64,000 nt of DNA from Lepidodermella squamata (lineage: Eukaryota > Animalia > Gastrotricha), in NCBI GenBank assembly GCA_047495785.1, contig JBLDXI010000007.1, positions 2,790,001 through 2,854,000 on the forward strand, written 5' to 3'. Position 1 is the stretch's first letter. Each line of letters starts with the position of its first letter. Under the pieces are notes generated by a model, which made no database searches, was not told where the DNA came from, and worked only from the letters and a program-made list of their open reading frames with translations. Shown here one piece after another: positions 1 through 12,855 of this stretch. Position numbers and translations under genes: made by a program.

Positions 1-1090
1 TGAAAGCACAAACACGAACATCATCAGAGGCGATTCCAACGAAAGAGAGGTAACGAACTCGGCAGTCGAGCAAAGGCCTGTCTCTGTTATCAACCGAGTG
101 GTGAGCTTCAGAAGCGTCGCGGACAACTACAGCTGATGGAGAGATCATAACAGCGGCGAAATGCCAGCGCTCAACAGGGTGGCGGGTTAAAGCCCTCGCA
201 ACAGCGTCATTCATAACTTTCATTCCAACAGGACCATCGGCCTCTGCAGAACCAACAAAATGACATAAGATGATCTTTCGAGGCTCATCGGCTGGTTGAG
301 GTAACGCAAAAGATAACGCGGAGACGTCAAAACGAGGAGGGACACTACCATCCTCTTCGAGATTTCCGTTATTCTCATCACTATTTTCGGCAATCGATTC
401 GATTTTACCGCCGTTGTTGCTGTTGTTATTCGCGGCATTACAACCCTCGTAGATTGCGGATGCGATTCTACTGGCATCGCCATCTTCGCAGCGCAAGACA
501 TGACACTGAAAAACAGGAGGGCCTGTAGTCACCATCGGATCGCGGACAACATAGGCAAAGTCTCGGTTTCCGTCTGTACCGATTCCCCATGCTCGAATCG
601 ACAGAAGATTATGTGTGATAAGCGCCTTGCCCATTGCGCCGTCGTCGAAGATAAGCGATTCCACACTCATAGCGTCTCTGATTAATAATTCACCGCGTTG
701 GCAGTCTATTTCAATACAAATCTTCTTGCCATCGCCGCCCCAAGATCCGACACTATCAACAATATTGACAGCCGATTTGTCGCACGATAGGTTCTCGATG
801 CATCGCTGAATAGATCGCGACACTTGGTCGGCGGCCAAGTCGGCAAGCGTTAAAGGGCGCCATCCCAATGAGGTAACCAGAAACCGTTGGACGTAATTTT
901 GCTGGATTATTTCTTCACTAATTTCATCGTCATTTCCGTTGAGCGCTGTCGCAAAATCTTCATCACCCTGAAGACTGGTCGAAAGTGGATGCTCACGCTG
1001 CGTTATGCCACTGGCAACATGCCAATAATACGGCTTTCCATAACCATCTACATCTCGAACCCAGCCGTCGGGCAAAGTGCCTGTCTGCAT
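1..1090 (-). CDS. APBB: Fe65/APBB-family adaptor (WW + PTB1 + PTB2), 3' end outside window
   Basis: Frame from ATG 1090 to the window edge is absent from the ORF track because it has no stop. It has WW LPDGWVRDVDGYGKPYYWHVASG, PTB1 FLVTSLGW...IRAWGIGTDGNRDFAYVVRD...CHVLRCE, and PTB2 EPRKIILCHFVGS...VGMKVMN...CRVRYLSFVGI, all in the same frame. Confidence 0.92.
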   Translation of the reverse strand, partial: MQTGTLPDGWVRDVDGYGKPYYWHVASGITQREHPLSTSLQGDEDFATALNGNDDEISEEIIQQNYVQRFLVTSLGWRPLTLADLAADQVSRSIQRCIENLSCDKSAVNIVDSVGSWGGDGKKICIEIDCQRGELLIRDAMSVESLIFDDGAMGKALITHNLLSIRAWGIGTDGNRDFAYVVRDPMVTTGPPVFQCHVLRCEDGDASRIASAIYEGCNAANNNSNNGGKIESIAENSDENNGNLEEDGSVPPRFDVSALSFALPQPADEPRKIILCHFVGSAEADGPVGMKVMNDAVARALTRHPVERWHFAAVMISPSAVVVRDASEAHHSVDNRDRPLLDCRVRYLSFVGIASDDVRVCAF

Positions 1091-2290
1091 CTTAAGAGTA
1101 ATATCGATGCTAAATTAATGTCTATTCTGAATTATCTAAAAACTGTAGGAAATAGGACAATGAAAATCATTTGATAGCACAATCACAGCACATCATCTAG
1201 AATAAACGCTGATAAAACGGATGTTAATAGCTGGTCAGGAGAGATTTCAAGTTTAGTGATTAAAATGATTAAAGTGATTAAAAACTCAGAAAGAAACTGA
1301 AATAATCGAGAATCTACCCTGCCATACCTAAAATCTGCGAAAAATCTAGGTAAAAGCTATGGACGCTCCTCAATCTCAAATTGGTAACTAACGAATATTT
1401 TTGTAAAATCATAAATCAGTGAAGGTGAAACCTAGTTAAAACGGTAAGAAAAAAGTCGAGAATTCGAATTTTGCAGGGGAAAGATGGTAGGCGACGATAG
1501 GACGATAGTAACATACTCGTACTTAAATGAAACGTCCGACAACAAGAGTTCCGTTCGTTCCTCCAACTTGAATGCGGCGGGAAGGCAATAAACGACCTCT
1601 CGAGTCGACGCTTTTCGCACGAGACGAAATTTCAATTTTTCTCGACTTATATTAATTTTAAGGTCTATTTTTCGTCCGAGCACTTAAAATTGAACCAAAT
1701 TTCGCGAGCATAACATTGTTTTGATATAAAAAGAAAAATCGAAAACTCAAAGGTCGAACTCAGTATGAGCCAAAAAACGAAAAACGGGATCTCTCCTGAC
1801 TCTCCTGCGGTTGGATTCTCTGTCGTCTGATATCCGTCTTATCCGCTCAGTTGCTGGAACAAGATAAAAAAGACACCTGATATTACTAGTCCAAATTAAA
1901 GTAGGTATCTGGTATACGCCAAATATGTTTACGTGGACTTTCTCTACCTTTAGCCTTTAGCAACGCTTTAGAGTACGCCATTCGTCCAATGCTTGCCCAA
2001 TAACCTAGTTCTATTAAAAGAGCGTGTATCGCTCAGTACTTACTCTACTTTATAACATTCAACAATGTTTTCCTGTTTATGAGATTCCATGCACCGCTAG
2101 ATTTAAGGCTCTCCTTCTGCCTTCTGGCGTGCATTGTTATTTTTACAATGGTAAAGGACTCATAAAAATAAAGTAGAACTTCAACGTGGTTGTCGCTTTA
2201 ATCTTCATATCATCGCCTTTTTGTGAACAATATTATGTGCCTTCGCAATTTTGAAAATGTTATCTCTCAGGCTGTAGGTTTGCAACGAAA

Positions 2291-2952
2291 ATGTCTACTG
2301 AAACTGCCGTGCCTAATTCTAACGATCCGGCCGAGGAGCTTCGTCGTCGCAGACAAGAGCGGATCTTGCTGCGCTCAAAAGAGCGGCTCGACATCATATG
2401 TGGTTATCGAGGTTTGCTGATGACATCTGACAATGTAACCTTGAAAGCTGGACTTTATTTTCAGATAAAATTACCCCTATCGGAGAGGAGGAGCGCCTAG
2501 AGCTAGAAGCAAAACAACGTGAAAAGCCTGTGGATGCAAATGCAGCTATCCCTGACCAAGCTAAGCAGCCAGAGATTCCGGTGTATCCTAGCAGTCGTTT
2601 CTTAACTGTTTTCTTAGTCAACCTCATTGTATTTTTGCTATTTACAATCGCTTGGAATCAGCAATTGACAGCAAGCACCTTGTGTATATCGCTGACAATA
2701 AGTGAAATTCTAAGCCTTGGCGCTTTCACTATTATTACCGGTCGGCTTCCATTCATAAGCCAAGGCGATTCTAGTTTGCATGCAAATTTTGGTTTTCGTA
2801 TGCTCGTGACATTCCTCTTAGTAGCTTTTCGGACCCCGCAGCACCAAGTTACCTTCGCACTAAATACGGTGGTTAATATTAGCTGCTTCATTTTTGATCT
2901 TGCAATCGGACTAATCGTCGCGTATGCAACGATGTTTGCGGCTAATCTCTAG
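2291..2952 (+). CDS. CAML/GET2-like tail-anchored protein insertase subunit; exons 2291-2411, 2465-2952
   Basis: N-terminal basic motif ELRRRRQERILLRSKERLDIICG resembles the CAML/Get2 TRC40-binding motif. A 53-nt GT-AG intron joins it in frame to an exon with several hydrophobic TM segments. Confidence 0.7.
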
Positions 2953-3055
2953 CTGATCAAAAATTTGACATAAATCATTTTGCTATATGCTACGTGTCGC
3001 GTTTTTCATGCTTTATAGGGACATAAATTATTAACTACTGCATGCGTATTTGGAA

Positions 3056-3935
3056 ATGGCAGCAGAGCCGTCACAGCTATACGATGCCCTGAGCCAGGCG
3101 ACCAGTGAGCAAGACATACTGACAATTTTCGATCAAATTCTAGTCCATCCTCACGTGTTCAGCTTCTCTAGCTTTGCAAACCACCCAACTTTGTCTAAGG
3201 CTGGTAGTTCAGCGTACTGATGCGATGTTTAGTTATTTCTGCTATATAATTTTAGTATGCTGCTGACCATCCTGAAATTGGTCGTATTTTGGAGCTGTTT
3301 CAGTTTGGAACTATCAAATCATATCTTGGTCAGTAATACTAAAACTAATGAACTATTTTCGCATAATCATCATTTTTACAGCCAACGCTCAACTGTATCC
3401 TTCGCTGAATGACCGCCATCTTTCAAAGTTGCGCTTTCTGACATTGCTTTCTTTGACCAGTAAATCCAAGTCATTACCACATTCCCTGCTCATGGACGAG
3501 TTGGCCATCTCGGAGAAACGTATTTTGGAAGATTTGATCATCGAAGCCATCTGCACTGGATTGATTCGTGGTCGCATCGACGAGAAGAGTCAATTACTAC
3601 GAGTCGATTACGCTGAAAGCCGCGATCTTCGCGTCGAAGATCTGAAAGCCATCGTTGATAAACTAGATGCATGGAGTTCAAATTGCGAAAACACGCTGAA
3701 GCAACTGCTAGTTGAGATGCAGAAAGCGGACAAAGCTAAACTTGAGTCAAAAGCAGCGGCTGAAAGCCTCGCTGTAAAGGTTCAAGAAGCTAAAAATGCG
3801 ATGAAAAACTCCCTGGTTGGTGCTCGTTCGATGACTGGGCTCAGACCTGGTATCGACGACGATGACATGCATTTACCCACCCCGGTTCGACCTGAAAAGA
3901 AGCATAAGGGTAGAAAGGCCCGAGACGAACTTTGA
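3056..3935 (+). CDS. COPS7: COP9 signalosome subunit 7; exons 3056-3199, 3256-3328, 3382-3935
   Basis: PCI-domain motifs LELFQFGT, KLRFLTLLSL, LEDLIIEAI..GLIRGRIDEK, SRDLR and LDAWSSNCE. Introns are 56 and 53 nt; the first appears to need a GC donor. Confidence 0.9.
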
Positions 3936-4064
3936 TTACATGATTCTTTTTCAAACATGGTTCTCTGTGTAGCCTAATGAATTTTCGTTAATCAAGATAA
4001 CTTGCGTTATAGATTTTTAATTGTTCCGAATGTCCTAACACTTTGAAAACATTTCCTTCTTACA

Positions 4065-7000
4065 ATGGCTGATAGGAGAAAGCTCCAAAGTAAGGATTTA
4101 TCTATTTGTTTTACAGTTGTCTTGACAAATTTAATGTTTTTCAGATGAAATCGACCGAACATTGAAAAAAGTCGATGAGGGCGTCAAGTTATTCCAAGAT
4201 TTATGGGAAAAGGTGCAAACGGCGCCTAATCCTAATCAGAAGGAGAAGTTTGAAAGCGAGCTGAAGAAGGAAATTAAAAAGCTTCAGGTTAGTTAACTGA
4301 AACATTCTCCAAATTTTCTTTAATTTGTTGTTAACAGAGGCTACGTGATCAAATAAAGACTTGGATAACCTCTGGTGATATTAAGGACAAAAAGGCGCTA
4401 ATCGAGGCGCGGAAAGTCATAGAAGCTCAAATGGAACGGTTTAAAGTTGTGGAAAAGGAGACAAAAACGAAGGCATATTCGAAAGAAGGTCTCGGTTCGG
4501 TGCAAAAGATGGACCCGCTACAGCGCGAGCGGGAAGACCTCATCAACTGGCTTTCATCGAATATCGATTCGTTAAAAGTGCATACAGACACGTGTGAGTC
4601 TGAACTCGAGGTGTTGCAAGTTGCGTCGAAGAAGAAGAAGCTGGAGAAGGATAAGCAGGAACGCGTCGATCGGCTCAAGTACTCGTTGGAACGGCACTCG
4701 TACCACATCGGGAGGCTAGAGGCGATCATGCGGCTGCTCGACAACGAAGCCATCGATATCGAGCAGGTGAAGAAGATCAAGGACGACGTTGAGTACTACG
4801 TGCAGTCGAACGGCGAGCCTGATTTCAAAGAGAACGAGGAGATGTACGACGATTTGGACATTGACGAGACCGTCATTCCAGGTTCATTGACGCGCAAGAT
4901 TTTTTCGCTTTTATGCGTATATTTTCAGGGCTAGGTATAGTGTTTACATGTTTACTAATGCGTGTACATTCTACAACGGTTCTTTATGAAGTTCGGGTAA
5001 CATTTTTTTCATGGTATTCGGTTACATGGGAAAACTGTTTTTGTGTTCAGAGATCGGAAGTGTTATTTTTCTAACAGCAGCGTAACCATTGCGATCTGCC
5101 TCGGGATGACTCAGCTTCTCAGCTAAATCGTCATATTTTAAGGAATTATATAAAAATTCAGGAATATGAACAAAATGAGCAAATATTTTTTAAGGTGGAA
5201 TTTATAATTAACAAAAATTCAAGCTTTTCAGTTACAATTTTTTCACCGAGCTGTGTTAAAAGGGGTCTCAAACTTCGAGGGAAACTATTACTCAAGAGAT
5301 AGAGTTGCAATCGGGCGAATTTTATTGTATTTTTTCCAGCCCATTTATCTATAAAAATTTACTTCGTTATATGTTATATGCATTTTTCTGTTCATTTTAT
5401 TCATTTATCTTGACGTGAGTGTTCAAATTTCACTTATTTTGGCAGAATGCTGTTAACACTTATTAATAGAGTGCGAAAAAGTTCTAGTCGAAGTGACAGC
5501 TGTTTAATGTTTTCCGCATTCAACTAATTGATGTCCCTGCCATTAAATATCTTATTTATTCCAGTATAATTTTGGGTATATATATATCACTATTTTTGAT
5601 CAAAATTGGCGGCTCAAGCATTCGCTAATGAGTACCGTATTTCTCGAAAATTTACCGCGGGCTATATTTATGAACAAATGATTTTTGATTCGGGTTGTAT
5701 TAGGGAGTGGGGATATATACGGGTGTGCTGTTTAATTGCGAATCATCACAAAAAGCCGCGAGCAATTCGTATTAAGACGACGTTTTTAGATTGTTTTATT
5801 TGTCGATTCAGTGAAAAAGTGAAAAAGTTAACAATTTTTTGATCAACCAACAAAATCAATTATCAATAAAAAAAAGTCAGGTTCACTTTCGTCATCGTTG
5901 AAATCATCCAGGCTGATGACTTGATCGAACGTGTCGTTTGATGCCATCTTCGAAGCCAGTAGCTCTCGGCCAGCAGCGCACGGCTTTCCATCCTTGAAGC
6001 GATAGCTAATCACTGATTACGTTAATGCGTCATTAATAAGGCTTTTCTTTTGTTCCAACGCATGCTTCGCCCAAATTAAAATAGCTGTGGTACAATTTCG
6101 AGGCCTGGGTTAAATATGAACAAACGATTTTTTCGTCGGGTTGTATTAGGGAGCGGGGATATATACAGGTGTGTCGTATATTTTCGAGAAATACGGTAAT
6201 TGTATTAAGGTGGAATTTTTAAGCTGGATTTTTTCACGCCCTTTGTACATTCAATTTTTGAATTCCAAAAGATATCGAAGGATATCTTTTTAAATTGGGC
6301 TTCTGCTCTAAACGATGATATCTGAAAGTGGAAGTCTGTTAGAAATCGAGGTTTTTGTTATTTAAGATTTTTCGACCGACTCGTAAAAGGTTGAATCAAG
6401 GTTAATCGGACTCGGATACGTACGTATGGATGGGTATAATAATTTTTTGTGTTAATATCAATTTTTCTCTTTGTGATGTTTAATTTGTGATTTTGCTTGT
6501 TTCCCCCGTACCAGATGCTGCTTCCGTCGGCGGCATGGCATCGACGAATACGGACGACGGCGATGAGCTGGGTTCACCACTCGCCCTGACGTCGTCCGGC
6601 GGCCTCGGTGGCTCGCTGGCGAACAACGTCGGCGGGACAGGCACGACGAACTCGCATTCGCCGCCGTCGTCGTCCTCGAACTCGCCCTCGCCTACCCCTT
6701 CGCTGTCGACCGGGCTGCCGCACGCCGGCGGCTCGGGCCACCATCAACAGGTAAATCGATCGGTTTCAAGCGATTTTTCTCCCTCCTCGATTTCGCTCAA
6801 TGACGTGAAATCCGTTCAATACCAGCAGAACAGCTCGGCGAATAGCAACAGCAACAACAAGGGCCGGTCTACGTCGCAGTCCTCGGCGAACGCGAATCGG
6901 CACAACAGCGGAGGGTCGGGCGGCTCGAACAGCGCCAGCCAGCTGCAGCAGCAGAACTCGAGCGGTGGCCGGCCGCAAATGTCCATCACGCCGTTGAAAC

Positions 7001-10000
7001 AGTCAATCAACGACGGCCACTACTCCACCTCTGGTTAGTTGCGATTTTTTATTCTATTTTATTCAATCACGAATTTCGACTGATTTTCATTAGAATAGCC
7101 CTCACCTTGTAATTTCGATTTCATTAGGTACCTAGCTAGAATATAGATAGTTAATAGTTGAATTGTCTCATTCACCTGTAATTGAACTGAAATTACTTGC
7201 CGAAACTTTCTGATAGAATTAGAATTAGCTTGAATTTCTCATTGCCATGACATCGTCCGCCTTAAATCGAATTTTTGAGAAACAACTTTTCTGCTGAAAA
7301 TGTTCAAGATTAGATTTACGAATTTAAAAAATCCGTATTTCAGAAAAATTTGATTTTCAAGAAGGTTTTCTCATGCACTGAATTGAAAATCCGGTTTTCG
7401 ACGATTAGTTTAAATATCAAATTTTCAACTAGATTTAAGGAATTTTTAACGATCCTCTCTACAAATTCGCTGATCTCTCTTTTATTTTGAATAAAATTAA
7501 GGTCGATATTGAACTAAAAAAAATCCAATTTGACCTAAATTAAGGTGACTCGCTAGAAATTTTAATTCGTTTTCCAATGATTTAAAATTTGTAAAAAATA
7601 AGAAAATTGATGCATTTATGTTGCCAATGTTCATGTTTAATATTATGGTTGTTATTCGAATGTCAAGCGATTGGAAGTAAACGAATTAAGGCCCTAAATG
7701 ACCCGAACGTGCCGACAGTCATAATAAAACCTTCAACAGGTTTGTGCCAAATACAGCGCTGGTGTCGGTATTCGGTTTATCAATCTAGCCGTTGTCCTAG
7801 CTATATTATAATGTTCTATTTTTAAAACCCATCTCTCTCTATCTCAAAAAAATTGAGAATTTCAAAACTGAAAGAAACTGTGTACATTTTATGTTGTTGT
7901 CTATCGCTGGTTTATGATACATATTTCTGGATTAATAACTGCGAATATTTTTTGATAATATTGTAACGTAACTACGTTGTTTTCCGCGCTTTTTTTGAGA
8001 AATTTTTTACGAAAGAGATTCGAAGCTTTTTTGTCTCCTATATGTGGTTTCGTGGCTTTTTATCGAGGCCTAAATCTCGTGCTTTTTCCAATTTTTTCTG
8101 GATGAAAATTGATTTTATTTCGATTTTTCAGGCTTGCCTGAACGGGCTTCGTCCGTAGGTCCCTCCGCGTCGATGCCGCCGTCCCTGGGCGCCAACGACT
8201 CGAACCACCACCACCACGGCAGCAGTAACAACAACTCGAACCAGCCGTTCCCGTTCAACTTCGCCGCCGTCGCCGCAGCTCAAGCGCCGGTGTCGAACAA
8301 CAACAACAACTCGTCGAACTCGAACAGCAACAACAACGGCCCGGCGGGTCACTCGGTCGACCACTCGCCGCACTCGATGACGTCGAGCCAGACGTCGTCG
8401 TCGCTGATGACGTCGCCGTCGGACGGCTTCACGCGCGCGCAGGGCCTCGAGCAGGAGATCATCATCAAGTCCGGGTCGGGCGCGGGCGGTCTGCTGACCA
8501 CAGCGGGTAATAACCAGTCGGACCTAACCCCGGCGTCGACTACTAACCCCGGTGTTTCGTTCGCATTTAAAGCTAGCCAATCCGTGTTCACGGCGCCGGC
8601 GCAGGCGACCAGTGGCCGCACCTCGCAGACCACGTCGACGACCGGCACCCCGTCCCAGCCCACCTCCGCCCCATCGCAGCAGCCGCAGCAACAACAACAA
8701 CAGCAGCAGCAGAATTCGGCGAGTAGCAGCAGCAGCCAGCAAGCGGCGGCGCTGCTGGCCGCGGTGACTTCGCACTACTCGAACTCGCTGCCGGGCGGGT
8801 GGAACTCGACGGACCCGACCTCGACGGCGTCGAACGCGGCGTCGTCGGTCGTGGGGTCGCTGCTGCCGCCGAACTCGACGTCGGGCGGCGGCGTGGGCGG
8901 CGCGGTGCGGAGTGCGCGCATCTCGGCGCGGCAGGGCATTTCGCCGCTCGGCAAGGTGCAGCTGCGGCACGAGCAGGTCTGGCAGCGCAAAATGGTCGAA
9001 TCGGCGTTGGCGCGCGTGCCGATGCTGGGCGATGCGGAACGCGTGCGGCACTACCTGCCGCGGCAGCCGTGCGCCGGCCCCGTCTACTACCCCTCGTCGG
9101 CCATCGACGGCTGCTCGTCGCTCGAATTCTACAAGCGGCTCAACGTCGACTCGCTCTTCTTCGTTTTTTACTTCATGGAAGTAAGTCACTCGACCGTTTT
9201 GTCTTGATAATTTCCCCGTTTATTGCCGTAAAATTCGAAGGAATATCGCCATTATTGATAGGATGTAGCATTTTTGGGATGAATATTTCGAGATATTAAT
9301 TCTCAATTTGACCAATTTTCCCCGAAATTCATAAGTATTTTGAATATTTTTTGTGTTGGCTTCAATATTCGAAGCGCTAATTGCTCCATATAACCTATGT
9401 TCTATGGTGAATGAAGTAAGAAGAATATTTTGAAAATTTGGCCGCAATAATAACAATAATGAAAAAATGTTTATGATAGCTTTGTTTTGAGCCTTTTCGC
9501 AACGTTATGGGGATCTTTTTATAATTTTTCGAAAATTTAGTAATTCAGTAACAAGCTACGAAATTTCGTATGCTATAGTGCAGTGAAAGTAGTGTAAACT
9601 GGAGTCGTCTAAACCGGACGGATTTCAGTTCATATAGAAAAATTGGGCTTCTAGACCGGACTAGCCCAAAACCGGACGATTTTGCCTGGCGCTATTCTAC
9701 TCCGGTTTTCACAATTTTAACTGTAAATTCCAAAATTATTTCACCTTTTAAAACTCTTCCCTGGTAGGGTAAATTTTCTCGCGTGAGCTTCCTAGTATTA
9801 TAGATGAATGAATAATATGTAATTTTTGAAAATTTGGACGCATAGGGTTCAGATTGAATTTCCGCTCTTTTTCAAAAATGAATCAATTGTTGTTTTTTGG
9901 TCAAGTGTTAAGGACAAGGCAAAATTTGCCAACGCTCTTACCTTTTATCTAGAGTATTGCGCTCATTATTTTTGCTGTTTTGATGAAACAAACTTAATTT

Positions 10001-10827
10001 TGTTTATAATCCCTTTAACAATTTGTCCGCATTTATCAGCAAAATCGTGATTTGTTGAAACCGCTATTTTCACCATGATTCGTTGAAAAAACTATTCTTT
10101 AGGTGTAAAATTGCTATAACGCGAAATTTTATCGATCTCTGGCCTTGTCAATTACACGGCCGCTTCTCTCGGTACACAATAATTGCCACCTGGTCGCGCT
10201 TCCTATTGATCATAGCTGAATAGATAATTGCGATAGGTATTCAGAAATTCACGGCGATAATCGTAAAATATCAACTTTTTGAGATGGACATTTAATTTGT
10301 CAAAGAGATATCTAATATTTTTCGCGTAATTTCAGGGTACCAAGGCGCAACTGTTAGCAGCTCAAGCACTCAAGGATCTCGCGTGGCGGTTTCACACTCG
10401 TGAGCTAACCTGGTTCCAGCGCGCCGAGACCCCGAAGGAGGTGACTGAATCCTACGAAATGGTTTGTTATTGATTGAAAAAATCGGGGATTAAAAACGCT
10501 GGGCATATATGAAACCAGGGCACGTACCTGTACTTCGACACGCAGCGATGGCAAACGAGGAAGCGCGAGAACTTCCGCTTCGAGTACCAGTTTCTAGAAG
10601 ACCGCAACCTGCAGAGCTACCTCGACGCGGCCGAGGCGACGGCGCAGGCGGCGATTGCGGCCAACTCGGCGGCCGCCGCAGCCGCGCTCATGATGGCGGC
10701 GGGCGCGTCGGCGACCAACAACTCGAACGGCCCCTCCTCGTCGGCGCTCACCGGCGGCTCGTCCGCCATCAACGCCTCGGTGCAACAGGCCGGCCAGCAG
10801 GCGGTGGCGGCCGGCGGGCGGAAATAA
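4065..10827 (+). CDS. CNOT3: CCR4-NOT subunit 3; exons 4065-4089, 4145-4287, 4338-4881, (4929-4934?), 6515-7033, 8132-9180, 10336-10461, 10519-10827
   Basis: [42 protein letters not shown], a low-complexity middle, and NOT box [31 protein letters not shown]...[10 protein letters not shown]. Splice phases are consistent. Confidence 0.97.
5635..6196. mobile_element. Non-autonomous Tc1/mariner-superfamily (pogo/Tc2-like) element in a CNOT3 intron
   Basis: 17-bp perfect TIR CCGTATTTCTCGAAAAT with TA on both flanks. A ~60-bp internal direct repeat (tatgaacaaa...gggttgtattagggag.ggggatatatac) lies near both ends. Confidence 0.85.
9581..9723. mobile_element. Small CAGT-ended MITE remnant (pogo/Tigger-like)
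   Basis: Imperfect TIRs cagtgaaagtagtgtaaactggagt / actccggttttcacaattttaactg, with an internal repeated aaaccggacg. Confidence 0.55.
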
Positions 10828-12855
10828 CGGACGGACGCACAGACAACAACACACCATCACCGGACCCCGATCGCGGAACAATCTGAGCCACCTTAACACT
10901 ACATTGCATTCATAATAAATTTAGGGACTCGCGGTTTTTTTTGCAATCTAGCACACACCTCTCGGAAATGATGATGATGATAATAATAATAATAATGGCG
11001 CAAATAATGTGAAAATTTGTTACAAATTTAAGAAGTAAAACTTGGCAGAAATAACCAGCTCCACATCATACACCGCTGCTGCTGTGTGATCAAATCGCAT
11101 GCTCCATGTTTCTTAGTAAAAAAAATAACAGGCTAAAATTAATCACTATGACGAAAACTATCGTTACTGTTGTTTTTTTATATCATCTCATGGCATAGTT
11201 TTCCAATATATTACTGCAAACAAATTGAACCAGGAACCAAGAAGTTTTTCGCGGTCTCGTTCGTCGTTCCGTTATATTTCTCGCGTTTCGTTTCGTCTCG
11301 TGTTCATTCGTTCGTTCGTTCGTTATTGTGCGTGTGTACATTCAACAACTACTAAAACTACAACCACGGCTATTGTGAAAAACCGGAAGGCAAAAATGAT
11401 AGCGACGTGGTCGCATTGATTATTCTTAAATTTTGAAAATAAAATTGTCAGCAAGCGCTTGAACATCGCCGTCTTGTGAACTCGGAAGAAGAATTGCAAC
11501 AGACACAGCCACAAAAATAACTACAACTACTACTAATACTATAACAATCTTGAAAAATCGCGCAATTGTAATTTTAAGGCGGAGTTTTTCACGTTTTGTA
11601 ATACTGCGTAAAACGCGCCTTGAAATTTGCCGGTTTTTTATTTCACTGTCCATAATACATTATAGAGAAATAATCCGTTTTTTCGAAGTCATTTGATCAA
11701 TTTGAAAGGTGATTATTGTGTAGTGTAATAAAGCTACCTTGTTAGATATTGATATAGAAAGAGAAATTATTCTTCTTATTAATATTATTATTGAAGCAGT
11801 GAAATTTTTACCGAATAGAGGTGCGAAACACCGTTATACTTGTGAAAAGGAGTCTTATTACTATATATATAGCGTCCAGCCATTTCTATCATCTCTTAGC
11901 TGACGATGTCAATAATTTTCTTGTGGCCGCCGATTTTGTGTCTACAACGCGCGCAATGTTTTTTCGCTCTTTTTTGTAATAATGAAACTGGCCTGAAAAA
12001 AACGATAAAAAGTGATGAGTGAAGACGATGATGATAACTGAATTCTGCTCTCTCGATATGTGGCTCTCTCAATTCGATAGAAAACTTGTTACTTCAAAAT
12101 CAGAAAAAAAATAAAATTGAATTCTAATAATGGGACGTCATTCCTTTTGATCAGAAAGATATTTTTCGGCCGTGGGAAAATAAGATTAACTACGGAGATT
12201 TTTTCAGAAGAATATATTTTAGCGGTAATTATTTTCCTGTATTAACATTAATAATTAACGGTAATTAACAAATTTTTCACCAAACACAGGCGCATTTTTT
12301 GAATAAATTTTTAGATTATGACTGAGTTCTAATAATGAGGACCAGGCCTTGTAATGCAAAATAATTGATTTGTATTTTTTTAATTAATCGTAAAAATCCA
12401 GAAAATTAAAAAAGGCATTTTTTGGCGAATTTCAATTATAGTTGAATTGTTCCGCTTCCAGTCAAGTTGGGCTCCGCTACAAGTAAGGCCTTTTTTCTGA
12501 ACCGAAAGTAGTTAGATCAGGAATTCTCATCATATGCCTGTGAAGTGAGTATAGTTTCGTATAGTTTGAATGCTGCTGCTTCAACAAAATTTCTGAAATT
12601 GTTGATATATTTTTCAGCTTCGCGATTCCGCAGAAACCCGAGAATTTCGAAAAATTATGAAAAAACACAATAAAATTATGCCAATCATTCCTTTATTTCG
12701 AGGCTTTTCGGTGTTGCCCGTTTTTTGAAAAATAGGGACAATTTTTTGATACAACATCAAGTGCGACGGGTAGAAGTGCGTCAATAGAGGGTGAGTATTA
12801 CAGTTTGTGCAATAAGGTGGTGGTACACAGGTATCATCTATAAATGGTGTATAGT

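Noticed and set aside
985-1075. Fe65 WW domain with the second Trp replaced by Arg (TQREHP)
   Set aside because: I recall similar QRE.P variants in other invertebrate Fe65 homologs, so it is probably not novel (unverified).
8128-9299. Multiple Arg-rich alternative-frame ORFs in CNOT3 exons
   Set aside because: By-products of very high GC content.
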